Positions 40,401-55,300 of a stretch of 64,000 nucleotides of DNA are shown here, in pieces. The DNA is taken from contig OZ059895.1 in the NCBI GenBank assembly GCA_964057225.1, positions 7,688,001-7,752,000 on the forward strand, in the 5' to 3' direction. Both the position numbers and the translations under genes were made by a program. The DNA is from Auanema rhodensis. Lineage: Eukaryota > Animalia > Nematoda. The notes under the pieces are model-generated. The model ran no database searches. It was given only the letters and a program-made list of their open reading frames with translations, and was not told the origin of the DNA. Within the stretch, counting starts at the first letter, position 1. Each line of letters starts with the position of its first letter.

Positions 40401-43400
40401 CTCATTTGTTAACAATGTCTCGTAGAAAAATTAACTTTTTCAAATTCTTCTTGCTTACCTTTGGCTTGCCTCATTTCAAATATCCTCAGATGAAGAAATG
40501 TTATTTCATATTTTGCTCCATGCAAACACGATCGAAGTCTGTTGTCAATCTATGTAAGATACATAATGTTTTTGATAGAATTGGAGTTCAGTTCATCATA
40601 TCTTTTCCATTATAGTATATTCTATATTCGAAACATAGATATCTATTCAACTATTCATATTTTTCTAACCATTTTTCCAGTTCTTTTTCTTTTTTTTTGA
40701 CTAGCCATTATTCCTCTCAATGTATATATGTATATATGTATTTCTCTCACACTGCTTATTAACTAAAGTTTTTTTCATCATTATATTGAAGTAATAGCTT
40801 CCTGCAGCTACATACATACATATTATTCTGCAAAAGTATTTTTTTTAATCAAAAAATCAGTTTGCTGAATTAATTAGTTCAATTACATATATGGCATATT
40901 ATATGTTTCTCTTTCTTTCTTATATTTCAATCTTCTATTTCTTTTTCTTTATAGTTATTGAGCTAGATCTATTTGACCAAATGACGTTTACAAGAAGCAT
41001 TACGCCATTTTCAATATTTGTAATGAAGCAATCGGTTGAACTATATCAATCCATGTTATATTTCATTTTTTGATTTATTGAAACAAAGTATCAATTTATA
41101 TAGTTAATATATTTATGTTTGTATATGTAACACATAATATTATTGATATACATTTTTCATAATTCTATTTAGAGATCACATCTTGTTTTCATTTATTTTT
41201 TTTTTTCAACAAAAAAAAGAAAACAAATTCCTGTTATGCTTTTGTTTATGATTTTTGCCTATCTTTCCAATATCTTCTATCTACAAAGGCTATTACTGTT
41301 TTTGATCATCTTCAACAAATATTTTTGTACTTCTTCCGTTGGAACATAAAGTTATTATCTCAAATACATTTTGAATCACGTTCCCTTATATTTGCCCGTT
41401 TAAATATTTCTTTCGGACTTATAGTTGACTCATTTTAAATTTGATATTATCAATGTTAATACTGGTTTCTTTTGCATTTTTTTTTAAATTTGGAAGAAAA
41501 ATTAGCTATATTGCTATCTGAAATCTTATGCAATCTTGCTGTCCATTTTGAAAGAATTTTTCAGTCTTTAATTGCTTATAATCAGGTTCATCTAAGTACA
41601 ATTCGTTCAAATAGTTTGCGTTTTTCACCTAGCTCTCCTTCTCTGAAAAATTCTAGCTGTAGGGAAAGAAATAGAGATAAGCATCTGTAGTCACATTTTG
41701 AAGTCACCGTAAAGCTCTTCCATGCGATGGTATCGTGTGGTCCACGCTGATGCGACGAAATTCCCTCCGAACGAATCATCAACACTTGAGAATGTGGCAT
41801 TTATCTCCTTCTAGATGTTGTCAATCATTATGTTTTTGAATTAGAAAAATTTTTAAATTCAACTAGAGCCGATATATCGTTTAAACAAATCTTCTTCTTT
41901 TATATTCATTCAAATGATCACGTACAAGATCATAATGTAAATCTACAACTATGATTGGAAAACGAAGAAGAAAACATCTGGAAAGATTCAAGAGACGCGA
42001 CAAGTTCGATCTTCTCTCGTTTGTTCTTTTATGTTTTTATATTTCTCTATCTTTAACGTTTAAAACTTTTCTTAACATCCACTAATCTCAACTATTCATC
42101 CATTCATTGTTCATTTTTAGTCGTTGACTTCTACATGCTATTCTATCCTCATCTCTGTCCTTCTATAGCAATATGACATCATTCTTTTATTCTTCTTCCT
42201 GTCATTGACCACAATCCTTAGAGTTTTCATTTTCTCGAAACCTTTTCTACAATTTGTTCGAGTGTTCTACAAATTTCCGACTTTTCAAACCATTTTCACC
42301 TGCAAAATTATTTTGTTTGCGCATATTCTGCTTATCCAGCCATTTTCAAACCTTTCCTCCTGATTTTGAAATACTGAGATGCAATATCGACAGCTTACAA
42401 AACAGCAAAACGTTTTTTTTATTTATTTGTATGCAAAAACAATTTACTGACTTATTTTTTGTCGTTCGCTACTTTTGAACGAAGAATGTGTGTCTTTTTA
42501 TTCAATTTGTTCTATTTTGTAGCCAAGGTCGTGTCCACTGTGTTAAGCCTCTGTTTTCTTCACCTTTGAACTCTGATCTGCTCTCAGATCAGCTTCGACT
42601 TTATTTATTTCCTATCTACAGTCTGACGTTTTTTGCAACATATACATACATTAATTTACTTTATAATCTATAATCTAATTTTCATTTATACGAATCGTAT
42701 CATTCTTACTTGTTACAGGTGCGCCATCCTGTCGGAGATACAAGCAGACAGTGTTTCGAGTTGCAGTGGCAGCTCGACCTCCAGTGTTTCTGACACTGCT
42801 ACATCGTCATCAGCTGCTCAAGAACTTAGCGTAATAACACTTTTGGATGAAGCATCATCAACTTCAAGCCGTTTGCCAAGACGTTCATATTCTCTCCTTA
42901 ATACAACAGGAATAGATCAGAATGCAAATACGGTCAGTTATTTTATCTTCATTATAATTTGAAGCAAAAAAAACATTGTTGTCATCCTTTCTCCTTTTTT
43001 GCAAATACCAAATTACAGATTGTCGTCGAAAAGCATATTAAAGCTCCTCGTCGTTCTCTTCGACGGATATTCTCTTCTATGAAAATACGGTAAATTTTAA
43101 AAAAAGTTTTAAACCAATTTCTTATTATTGATTATTGATTCATTTGTTTTCGTGACTGAATTCTGTTATCCAACGTTATCAGCAAACAAAAGTTACAACA
43201 AAAACAAACAAGAAAATGTTATAAATATAAATTTTTAATTTTCCATTTATTGATATAATATAATATTTTAATATTATATCTGTTTTTACTTATAAATTAG
43301 TTTTATTCATTGAGCTATTTCCATTATTTTCTTTATTTTTATTTTTAAAAATAAAGTAAATAAATTGAATTAGTAATAATTATCTTTTATCATAATTTTT

Positions 43401-44347
43401 TGTTGAATTAATTCATATATTAATTTTTTTTTTATATTTAGGGGAAGAAAAAATTGGGCCACAGAAGAAACATCCTCATCATCTACAGTCAGTAGTCTTC
43501 TAGTCGATAGGTTAGTCTTCTTAACTTTTCAAACATTAACATATTTTAAATTTATGAAAGAAATTATGAAGAAAAAAGATTATATGTTGATTAGAGTATG
43601 AATTGGTTGAATTGAGAATTTGTTCATAGTTATTTTTTGATATTTCTATAAACATATACATTGATTACAAAACATCATAAAAACTATTCGAAAAATGATT
43701 TTTTTAACTTTTATGTGTTATTTGAACAATTATGAACTTCTCTTATCAGTCTCATTAATTCTTAACTATAAAATTTTGATCAAGCATAATTACATTTTGT
43801 TCTTATATGTTTCATATAAGTAATATAAAATTAGTTAAAACTAATATTTGATAACATGAACACATATTTCACTGTTCAGATATGAATTAAATGTTAGTTT
43901 TTCTATCTACATTCAATATTTATTTTATATTCGTTTATTATTTATTTACAATTTGGAATTGCAATGATTATATGCCTGTGTTGTATATACACATGTATAG
44001 CTATAGGAATGAAGATAAATTTCCGTTTCCAGAAAAATTAATCCGTTTTCATTTAACATATCACTTATGGGTTGGGGGAGGGAATGTATAGTCTCAAAAG
44101 GCATTTCTTGTTTTCTTTTCTCTTTGAAATAGATTTTCTTCTCTCAATCTGTTTTATTCTGTTTTTATCTCTTTCCCCATTTCTTATCGATAAAGCAATT
44201 TTGGCTTCAAACTAAGAAGAGTAGGTGGAGAAAAGATTTTAAAGGTATTTTTCGATAGTTAGCCATGTTGTACACATGGTTAGATTCATATCTTATATGG
44301 CTTAATCAATATTTTAATCATTTCTTGCTCTCGTTCTTTACTTCCAT

Positions 44348-44390
<43 letters not shown>

Positions 44391-47300
44391 TCTCATCTCT
44401 CTATCTATCTATCTCTCTCCTTCTTTCCTTCTCTTTCTTTCAACGGTATCGTATATTTATTTCCCAATATTCATTATGATGTATATACTTTGATTTTTTT
44501 TTTGCTACCAGAGTTAACTATATATGCTCTTGTATTTTGTAACTCTTTGTTGACCAATATCTGTTGATAACACATGTTGTGAATATATGGGAATTAAAAC
44601 TACGCTTTTGTTTTATAGTTGAACTTAACAATACCTGACTCACAAAGTTTTGTCCGATTTGTACTGAATTTTCACATGTCTATGATGCAGTTCTGATTTT
44701 ATAACACTTTTTCTCTCGATTATATATAATAATATTAATATTGATGCTCTTCTCTTTATTGAACTTTCTCTCCCTCTTTCTCACTTATTCTTTCTCTCCC
44801 TCTTTTTCTCTCTCTCTCTCTCTCCTTTTCTCTCTTTCTCTCTTTTTCTTTTTCACATTTCTCACTCTATCTCTATCTCTCTCTCTCTCTCTCTTTCCTT
44901 TTCTCTCCCATATTCTCATTTACATGTTCAGTGAATAGAAACAAGTAATCTACTAAAGTCTCATCTTTTTCTCTCTAATTCTTTAGTCTTGATTCGCACT
45001 AAAATTCGATTACTTGTGTCATACAAATATTTGAAATATCAGGCGTTCTGTTGTGCCATTATTCATATCGTCAGCTCAATCACATCATTTGTTCTTTAAT
45101 TGTTAATTATTGATTATTAACACTGACAACAAATGATTATTAGAATTAAGATGATGTTAATATCTGATAATAATTTCATTTCAATGATATGAATTCGGAA
45201 GGTCCAATTATATTTCGTCGCACCTCATACGAAGACTATATCATAATAAGGTTTATCATATTTCTATCCAATTTAACCTTACTGCTACCTACTAATCTAG
45301 TTATATTGGACTGTTTTTTGTCTTTTTTCTGCTGACTCTCAGTTAATTATATATTTTGGGACTGGTTGCTTATCATACTTTATATAAGATTTCTTTTTTT
45401 ACGAACATTTACACGAATAATCAGCACAATAATATCTTTTCTTTTTGATGTCTCCCTCGCTTTTTGTATTTCTTATAGTTCTCCAAAGTTCTATGTATAG
45501 AGGTGATGTGTCTGAACTTTTCCCGGAATGTCGGTCAATGACTACGGTTCGTTACTGTCATGCTTGTCCATTAACCGTAGGGTTTACACTGGCCGCATGG
45601 CAACCAGACGATCAGCATGCGGGCCACAGAATCAGAATCTCACGATGATCAGTCGACAACTGTTTGGCTGCCGTCTTTCCGATTTGTTCGCACATCACTT
45701 TACATGGCCGTGTGGCTTTTTCATCCTTTGTTAGCTATATTCAAGTCATTCCATTGGCGCCCCAACCCAGAAAAAAAATTTTTTTTTTTGCAAACTAAGT
45801 CGAATCTAACCTCAATCACCTTATTTTATTTTTTCTATCTACTGCTATACTCGCTGAATTATTACCCAAGAAGTAAATCAATCGCACTGAGTTTACTTCT
45901 CTCGCTATGGCCGAAGAGAAGAAGCTACGTCGATCTAACAGCTTAAAAGTTGTCGGTCAAGTATTGAGCCGAATAGTTTTACGTCGTCCTCCAGTTTCTG
46001 AAGATTCTTCTACATCGCTACCAGTAGCTGAATCCAAAACAAATGGTCGGCGTGAAAAACATCTACGCCGAACTACGAGCTTGCATACTATGCCTGCATC
46101 TAAAGCAACCTCCCAACTTCCTCTAAAACTAATGTCTATACCTGTATCTCCAACAGTTCAGTTACAACACCCACATCAATCCACTGGTCGTCGACGTCAA
46201 CATGTTCTGCGCCGAGCAACTACTAGCTCACTCCAATCTAATTTATCCTCCTTTCGTGCAGGCAATGTTTCTGCCCGCTCGCCGATTGACGTGAATGGAT
46301 TTGCCGATGCTCCAACCCTCGACGACGTTAGCAGCTATTCCGTCAGTTCATCCTCTTCGACAAGCAGCTCATTTCGTCGAAATGCCATGAATGGTCTTCG
46401 GCTTACCGAAGACGGATCTAAGCAAATGTCGTTAGAAGATGAGAACTGCGGTAGTCGCTTCACAAAGCTACGTCGAAGTTTGAGTGCCAGAATACGAAAA
46501 AGCGGTCGTAACGCGCTGCGACGTAGCACATCTTTTGCTGTTCGAAGACAGTAAGTTCATTTTAACTAACGAAATGTTCTTCTTTTTGATATGTAAAGCC
46601 TGCTGATGATATGAACACATCATAACAGAACATTGTACGGAAGTTATCGTGTTTACCATCTATTTTGCCAAAATATATTCATGAAACGACAAATGAGTCT
46701 TTCCTTTTTCAATAGATAACATCCGTTTCATTATATTTTCTGATATTTTGTTATGTCAGTATATCAAATACATATAATGTTCCATCTTATATCTCAAATT
46801 ATCTGTAACATCGATCTATTTTGACATCACTCGAAATAAGCAGAAAACTGTACAAAAGCTATATTTCTAGTCTTTTCTGCTATATTTCATCTTTTTTTTT
46901 GTAATTTTTCTCTCTTCTCACTACATCTTATCAAACTTTGACATCAGCAAGCATCTGTACTCGTATTGTTACTCCACAATACTCTCCATCATAATATATT
47001 CCTGTTTGGATATTTTTATTCAAAAAGAAAATTTATTTTTCATTGTTCATCACCATGCCAGCACGTACAAGTATTCAGAATATTTGTTCATTATATATAT
47101 TTTTTTAAAATTTTTATCTTCATTATTTCAACATTCAACTCTTATTTCTTCTGATAAATGTTGTAGCTGATCATTCTTGGGGCTCAATTGTTTCCATTAT
47201 GACAAGCTTTTGCTCGTTTAACTATGCCATAGTCTCTTATCATATTTCTTTGACAATCATTATTTTACTTATTTATAACACCATAATTAAACATATTCTC

Positions 47301-49325
47301 TTTTCCGTATCTAATTGAACTTTCACCTGCCTTTCTTCTTATAGTTCTTATTTTATCACATATCATATTCTCTTTATATGCTTATGTTTTAGTAACTTCA
47401 TTCTCAAATACTAGTAGATTTTAGTTATATTCCAATATATCATTTGATTCTAATTATATACATATATACATATATATATATATATGAATTGTTAGAGGGA
47501 AACTCGAGAAACAGCGGGATCATGACGAAGAGCGTGTCGAGACCTTCTCGTATCGGTTTCAAGGAACGCATTTCTGTTTCGGAAGACGAGTCAAGTCATT
47601 ACAGGCGATTCAGAAAGTATGCTCATATATTCTCCAAAAACCTTATGTAACTCTTTTCCTACCCTATATCAACCATGCTTATAACGTCCATATCTATATC
47701 TGAGAGTCAGTTAGAAAAAAGTTGTTCAATGCACTCCTAACCTTCGTTTATCCCCTCTGTAGCATAAACCCAAAATGGAGCTTGACTTCTACTTGGATTG
47801 CCAATGATGATCGTCATTGCAGGACTATATCATCTGATGCTCTGCTGCATGAGGTGGACAGTCGTTCTCTTATCGCATCTCTTCCAGTTTATGATCCATC
47901 ACCTGAGTACCGTGTGCTCGGTTCCGTCAGCAGTAATTCAAGCGCCGAGAAACGGATGTAAGAATCAACATCACCGTTTATCTTGGGCTTTTATTCCATT
48001 CCATTCATTTTTGGATGATAAATTCTATTTTCATCAAATTTTCGGAAAAATTTTAAAATATAGAAAAGAAGGAACATTTGAAAAAGAATCTTTTTATTAA
48101 TAAAAGCTTCTGAAAAATATATATTTTCGTATTATAGAGACGATGAAGCTCCATTTCAAACAAAAAAAAAGAAATATTTTACCGAAAGGAATAAAAACAT
48201 TTTCCGAAAGTTACTTCATCCAAGCTATCAGGACAGAAATGTGCAATATCGTCGTTTATTCGGATCTCTAGTATCTGATACGGATCTATTTCTCATATGT
48301 AAGTTGATAATTTAGATATTCTTATAATTTTCTTTTTGAATTTTTATTCAAATATTTCCATTTTTGTCATTTTTTGCGAAAAAAAAAGAAATATTTAAAA
48401 AGTGATGTCATTTTCACTCTGCTTGAGCTATTATTTTTCTCTCTATCACTCTCTTCCCTGTTCATTCTCTCTACTAATTGAGAAGAAAAATGAAGAAAAA
48501 GAAAATAAGTTGAAAATATGATTATGATTTGTATCTCTGAGCATTTTTCTGCTGATGTCATCCATGTTTCAGCTTTCTCATGTGCCTATCAGCGTGAGAT
48601 TCTCTGTCAGGGCCGAATGTATATTTCCCAGCGTCATGTCTGCTTTCATGCCAATATACTCGGATGGGAGACGTGTTTTGCTGTACCGTTTGATGAAATT
48701 ACGAACATAACGAAAGAAAGAGCAGCACTGATTTTTCCAAACTCCATTCAGGTAGCCATACTTCCATACCCTCATAGAACCTTTTGTTCTCTATTTAGCC
48801 AAAAAAATATTCTTCAATTACATCTTGAAGATATGAAAGTTTATAGAAATTTTTTTGTTTTTTGACTAAAAAATCTTAATTATTTTCAATATATCTTGTT
48901 ATTTTCTTTCAGTTTGAAACAAAATCTGGAGAAAAATACTTCTTTGCCTCCTTTGTAAATCGAGAAAAAACTGCTAATGCTTTGAGTATGGTATTGGAAC
49001 GACGGGAACAAAATCAGGTAAATTATTATGAAAAATTGTGAGAAAATAATATAATAAGAGATCAAAAAGAATATTTTATATAAATAATTAATTTATATGA
49101 AACGATCTGCTTAAACTTTAAAAGTTTTATCTGTTACTATTGAATAAATATTATATATTTAAGGATATTGCTCCAGAAGAAGTATGGGAAAGACTGAATC
49201 CAGAAGCAGTAAGTCATTTTTCTTTTCTTTTCTTTTTTTTTTTGCAAAAACAAATTACTCATTTTCCCACCTCATCTTATTTCTTTATTATATTTACTTT
49301 TTTTACTTCATTCATACACTTAAAT

Positions 49326-49381
<56 letters not shown>

Positions 49382-52300
49382 TTTTCTCTCTCTTCTCTCT
49401 CTCTTTCTTTTTATTTTTTGAATGCTAGGATGCGTTTTCGGTCTAGATTGCCTTCTATTCAGATATTTTACTTAGCCTTAAGCTAAAGAAAAGCCAAACC
49501 ACATGAGTGTGTTTGTGTCTCATCTTAGATGGAAGCTGGTCAGAATGTAGAACGGGCGCAGCTCTAGGAGCACTCTTTCGGAACAACCTATCGATCCAGT
49601 GTTCCAACTAACATACACACAAACACATACACAGCGTACGCCGTGCCATGCTTCTCTTCTCTTAATATAGTCACATTAACTCTCTTCCTGTTTATTATAA
49701 TCAATCCAAGTAATCATATACATATAATATTAATTATGAAACATATCTTTTCTTTTCTTTTTTTTTATTAATTTATAAAAATCATATTCAGCTTGTTTCA
49801 TAGATGAATTATTGCTTGTTCATGAATATTTAATTATTTTTCCTTGTTTTTCTTATTGATAATACCTCTATATATCAAAAAAGCAATACCTTCCACATCT
49901 TCCACGGTCCACAACATTTCCTTTTCATGCTCTTCAAGAAATTTATGATCGCCTTGCTACCATCAATCTCTCATATCAACATGTAACGGCCTATTTGCCT
50001 AGTACATCGTCATCGTGATGCCTTGTGCATCTAACTAGTTTCAGCCAACTGACATGGTTTTCTCGGCTAGTCGTTCAATTCAAACAGACTTTTTTTCCCT
50101 CCAACCAAAAAATCTTTTAAATTCTAATTTTACTAATCACGTGATGATGCGAAACAATTTTTTTTCAATGGTCAGGCTCGCAAATCGGTTGAGTCTTGTC
50201 TACTTCTCTCTCTCTCTCTCTCTCTCTCGCTTTCGCCCTCTCTTTCTCTCTCATTTCGTTATTCAACTGCATCGGTGCCACATATTATCTTTGAGATTGT
50301 GCTCTTAAACCGTATCACTTTTACTTTTTCATATCAGGTCAGGCCTTTAACCATACATAGTTTATAACATATAATTTACTTTCCATTTATGTGATTCGCT
50401 CTCTCTCTCTCTGTCTCTAGTTCACTCTCTCTATTTCTTTATCTTTTCTTTTTGAATATTTCCTTTTCACTCTATCTACTTCGATATTTCTTTGTTTTCC
50501 ATTCATCAATTCAGTCAGCTTTTTCGCAAACCATGTTATCATGTCTTTTCCTCATGCCCATTATATGGTTTCCCTTCTTTCTCTCAAGCTCATACTATCT
50601 TAAATTTTTTATCTCTAATTTCTCTTTATCTTCCACTGTATTGGTAGGTCTCTAACATATGAAATGTCTACTGTTGCTTCTACTATACCTCTTCATATCT
50701 GTTCCTCGTTTTGTTCAAAATATTCTTTTTTCCTGGTTTTAACGATCCTCGATATTTGTTGATTTTTGTCATTTTAATAATCATCCTGTTCCCCTGTGGC
50801 AATATTGAAGTTTGCTTATGCCAACATTCCATGCTCTTGCTCATTTCTTTTTCACTTTCTTCCTTCTTTTCTTCCTTCTTTTCTTCCTTCTTTTCTTCCT
50901 TCTACCTCCTCTTTTATCTCTCTCACACGTACTTAATACATTTTATATATTGTACTTCAAATGCTTATATTATTCTTCTGATTTTGTTAGCAAATTTTGT
51001 TGAATTTTCTGAACAGTAGGAGACAAAGTTTGTTCTTCCCTCCTCTTCCACTTTTTTTTATCATTTTTCATTGTTTTCTTCGCTTGTAACATCAAATTGC
51101 TATCGCTTCTTTTCTATTTTTTTAAAGTAAGTATTGATTTCAGCAATTATTAGGTTAAGCAATCTGATTATATTTTTGATCTCATAATCTAGTTCACTAA
51201 GCTAACTAGTTGTGATCTCAAGATTCTTGATATACCTTCTTATACATTTCTTCATCGCTTTTTTTTTATTTTAATGTCAACTCTACAGCCACTAATCATA
51301 CAGATGAATTGCGCTTTACTTACTATGGCAACGTAATACAACTAGCTAACTCGTAATTGCAATTATATTCATATAATCAGTATAATCTCAATAACCCCGG
51401 TTTCTTCAATACATTTACTGATTATATTCTTATTTTGAACATTTATTCGTTTCTTTTTAATTTGTTTGAACCGTTTCTTCTTTCTTTTCTTTTCTTCATT
51501 CAAATAATAATGATTTGATGTTTCCAAAATATTTCTTGTTAGTCTTCATGGAAATGTCGTTTCTATTATTATTATTTTTTGATTCATATAGTTGTATAGT
51601 TAATATAAACTATATATATATATATATATATATTTAATGAAACAACAAAGAAGCCTATTATTCATGCAAAGCTCAACTTGTACATTTGATTGTCCTCCTT
51701 TGTTTCATCCTTTGTCTTCCATCATGCCACCTGCAAGACCTTGTCATCATGTTGGTCCAAAAAAGGATTAACTCGTCTATCTTTCTCGTATGCAGGCACA
51801 CATAATCATATTTTTGATCAAAATTTTGTTTTCTAAAACAATAACTGAATAACAGCTGATTCATTTCTTGATTCCTCATTTTTCGGTTCAATTTTTAGTG
51901 AACAAACTAAATTCTTGTTTGCAAAGTGCATGAACAGCACTTGGAACGGCTAGTCGACCTTATAAAGCTTGTTTTGGATTAGAATCAGACACTCAGACAA
52001 TCGGACTAAAATGTGGAGGAGTGTGACTATGAACACTAAAACACAGATTGAGAACGAACAAGGGAGATAGATTGAAAGAGTATGATGATAGATGTATGAT
52101 GCAGAGTATGATGAGTTTGAGAGAGGGAGTTTGAGGGAGTTCGAGGGAGCGGGATTAGGTGATTCAATGTTGGCCTATCAATTCAACTAAACTCTAAATT
52201 TCGGAAATTGTTTTAAAAAAATAAACGATTTTTTTCAACTTATTGATTTTAGATTTTTTCGTATGAAAAGAGCATTTTGTTTCAATTATTTTAAACTAAA

Positions 52301-55300
52301 ATCACATGTTCATACTCGACGGTGTTGTATGATTGTAAAATGTGTGTACAATTTAGTGTTTTGAGCTTTTTCTGATTTTTTGTGCTTATTTAACGACTAC
52401 GGTTTGCTTTTAACATTGTCATCGTCTGATGATCACAATCTTTTCATCGTACTCAATATGTCTCTATTTATTCTTGGAGTCTGGTTAAATTGATCGCCGG
52501 TTGTGACAAAGCACTTCGATTCAGGGGAGAAAGAGATAGAGAGAAGAAGGAGTGAAGAGGACGCTCGGTGAGCAAGAAGGTTGTGAGGATAGCAGTAGCT
52601 GAGAGATAGCTTGATGTCAGTTCAAAATATCTATTTTCTCGATTTCGCGCTAAAGCGGAAATTTTCTGTGGAAGAGAGAAACATAGTAAGAGATAGAGAG
52701 ACATATAGAGAGAGAGAGACAAAGAGGGAGAGAGAGAGATAAAAATAGAGAGAGAAACAGAAAGAAAAATAGTGAGAGAACTATAGGTTCAGTAGGTCTA
52801 GCTACCGGCCTGTTTGGCTCACACAATTGTACTCTTGGTTCTAAATTCGGCCTCCTTGCCTAGCATTTTCACCTTTTTTTTATTTTTCTTTTGCGATGCT
52901 TTTTCGTGTCTATTCTTTTTTCGTTTTTCCTTTATCGATCTTCATCAATCTGTTTGATTGAACCGATTCATACAATGAACTTCTTCAAACTGAGACCATC
53001 TACATGTTTTGCCTCACAAGAGATTCTCTTTTTCTATTTTCATCTTATCACTTTTTATTCATTTAATTCTCAATTGACACATAGTACAAGCATCTTGTAT
53101 AATGATCAAATTACATTGAACCGTTTTCGTTTTTCCATTTTCATCCAGCTTCTTTCTTTTATTATAAATTAGCTTCTCATACATGTTGAGATGCGATAGT
53201 AGTTGCTGGATAGAATCTTTTCATTCTACCTCAATCCGTACTCATCTCTTCTTCACCTTTTAGTGTAGATGTCCTCTAATTTATGTCCTCTAATTTTAAT
53301 AATATAATAATATAAATTATTTTCTCTTCTTATCTCTGATCACATATTTTATATTTTCTCTCTTCCAAAGCAAATCTAGATTTTTAAAAAAATCAGCTGG
53401 TGATTCTTTCACAGCTCATGACTGACGTCATATCGCATCTATTTAATTATCAATATATATTATACCCATAATAATATTAAAAAATTGATAATTCTTAGCA
53501 ATTTTAGTATGAAACTTATCACATAGTTATCTATGTTGCTTATTTTATTAGTCCATATATGTTACGTATAGTTAAATATATGCTCATTGTTCAGAAACAA
53601 CGCTCACGGGACTCTAAGTCGGGCCAATCATCGCCCATGTCTCCCGTTGACTTCACAACAAGGTACAGCCTTTTATATTCAAATTAGCATCAGCTGTTGT
53701 TAATTGTATCTCATATCATTTTCACATATTTCTCTTCTAGTCCACCTCCAACGCCTCTCATATCATCTCTGAGTGGTCGTTCAGCTTCAGCTGGAAACTT
53801 CATGACAGCATCATCTCGTCCCTCGTCATCTATAGGTATACGAACATCACCCGATATCGGCTCTGTTGGAGCTACAGAAGATGTAGCATCACTGTCATCG
53901 TTAGAAGATCAGGTAATAACTATTCTCTTAGCCTCTTGCTACATCTTTTTCTTTTCTTATTCTCATATTCCCTTTACAGGAAGAAGTAATTTGCACATGT
54001 GAAAATCATTTTGGCAAGCAACTAGTGAATACCGTATTTCCATTATCAGCTCTTGAGCTTCGTCAGCTTGTATTCAATGATAGTCCATGGGTTACAAGAT
54101 TCAATGAAGTGCTTAAAAACAGTGGTAAGTTTATAAAACTGTAAATTATAATACTATACGTAAATAGTATATCAGATATATATTTAATATAAAAACGTTT
54201 AGGTTACCACTCATCAGAATGGGCTGTGGATAAGAACGGCCAGTTGAATCGTACATGTACTTATACCATGGCTTTGAATCATGCTATGGCACCAAAAAGT
54301 TGTGTTGTTACTGAAAATCAAGTCATTGAAAACATCAATGCATCTGATGCATCTCATGGTTTTGTTGTGAACAAGGAGACTCAAAATTCTGGTGTTCCGT
54401 ATGCAGATCATTTCACTGTTAAGGTACGGTATACGATAATGGTGTATTAGGTGGTTCAATTGAAATGTGGCACCCATCTATTTTTTTTTTTCAAAAATTT
54501 TAAAATTTAACAAACAAAAATAAAATAAAAGAATATATTTAAATGAATACAAAATAATATTTTTATTTAATCTCAGCTCATTCGTTTGAAAAGCTTGTTT
54601 GATTTTCCTCTTTCTCTGTCTTGTTAGTAATGGATGGATGTAGCTCATATGTTTCACGTCCTTCTTCTTCATTTTAAGAATTGTGTTTGCCATTGAAGCC
54701 AAAGAACAGCTCAGAAATAGAAGCATAGCGTCGTTGCATGACAACGCGCGCCCACACTGTTGTGCGAAAGCACAAGAGACGCTTCTGGAGTTAGATTGGG
54801 ACGTTTTTAGCATCCTCCCTATTATTCAGATCTAGCTCCAACAGATTTTCATCCGTTTAAATCCATGGAGCATAGTTTGAAGGGTCAAACCTTTAAAACA
54901 ATACACGAAAACATACGTGAACTTTACAAAGTTCACGTGAGTTTGTAAAGAAATATTGATATGTAACTTCTGGTTCACGTGAACTTTATATAGTTCACGT
55001 GAGCTAGAAGTTACAATGTCTCTTGACATGGTTCAATGAATAAATGAATTCTTTTGTTTAAAATATTATATAATATATATAATTTTGATATATATCTGAT
55101 CAAATATTTTTCAGTGTACATACTGCGTTACAAGAATTAATAAACGAGAATGTCGTTTGGTAGTACATGGAGGGATTATATATAAAAGAAACATTTGGAA
55201 TATTGTGAAAGGATATATTGAAAAGACAGCATATCAAGGATTGGATGATCATTATGCCATTTTAAAGAAGATGTTAACAGAAGAATGTCAAATACGCTTG

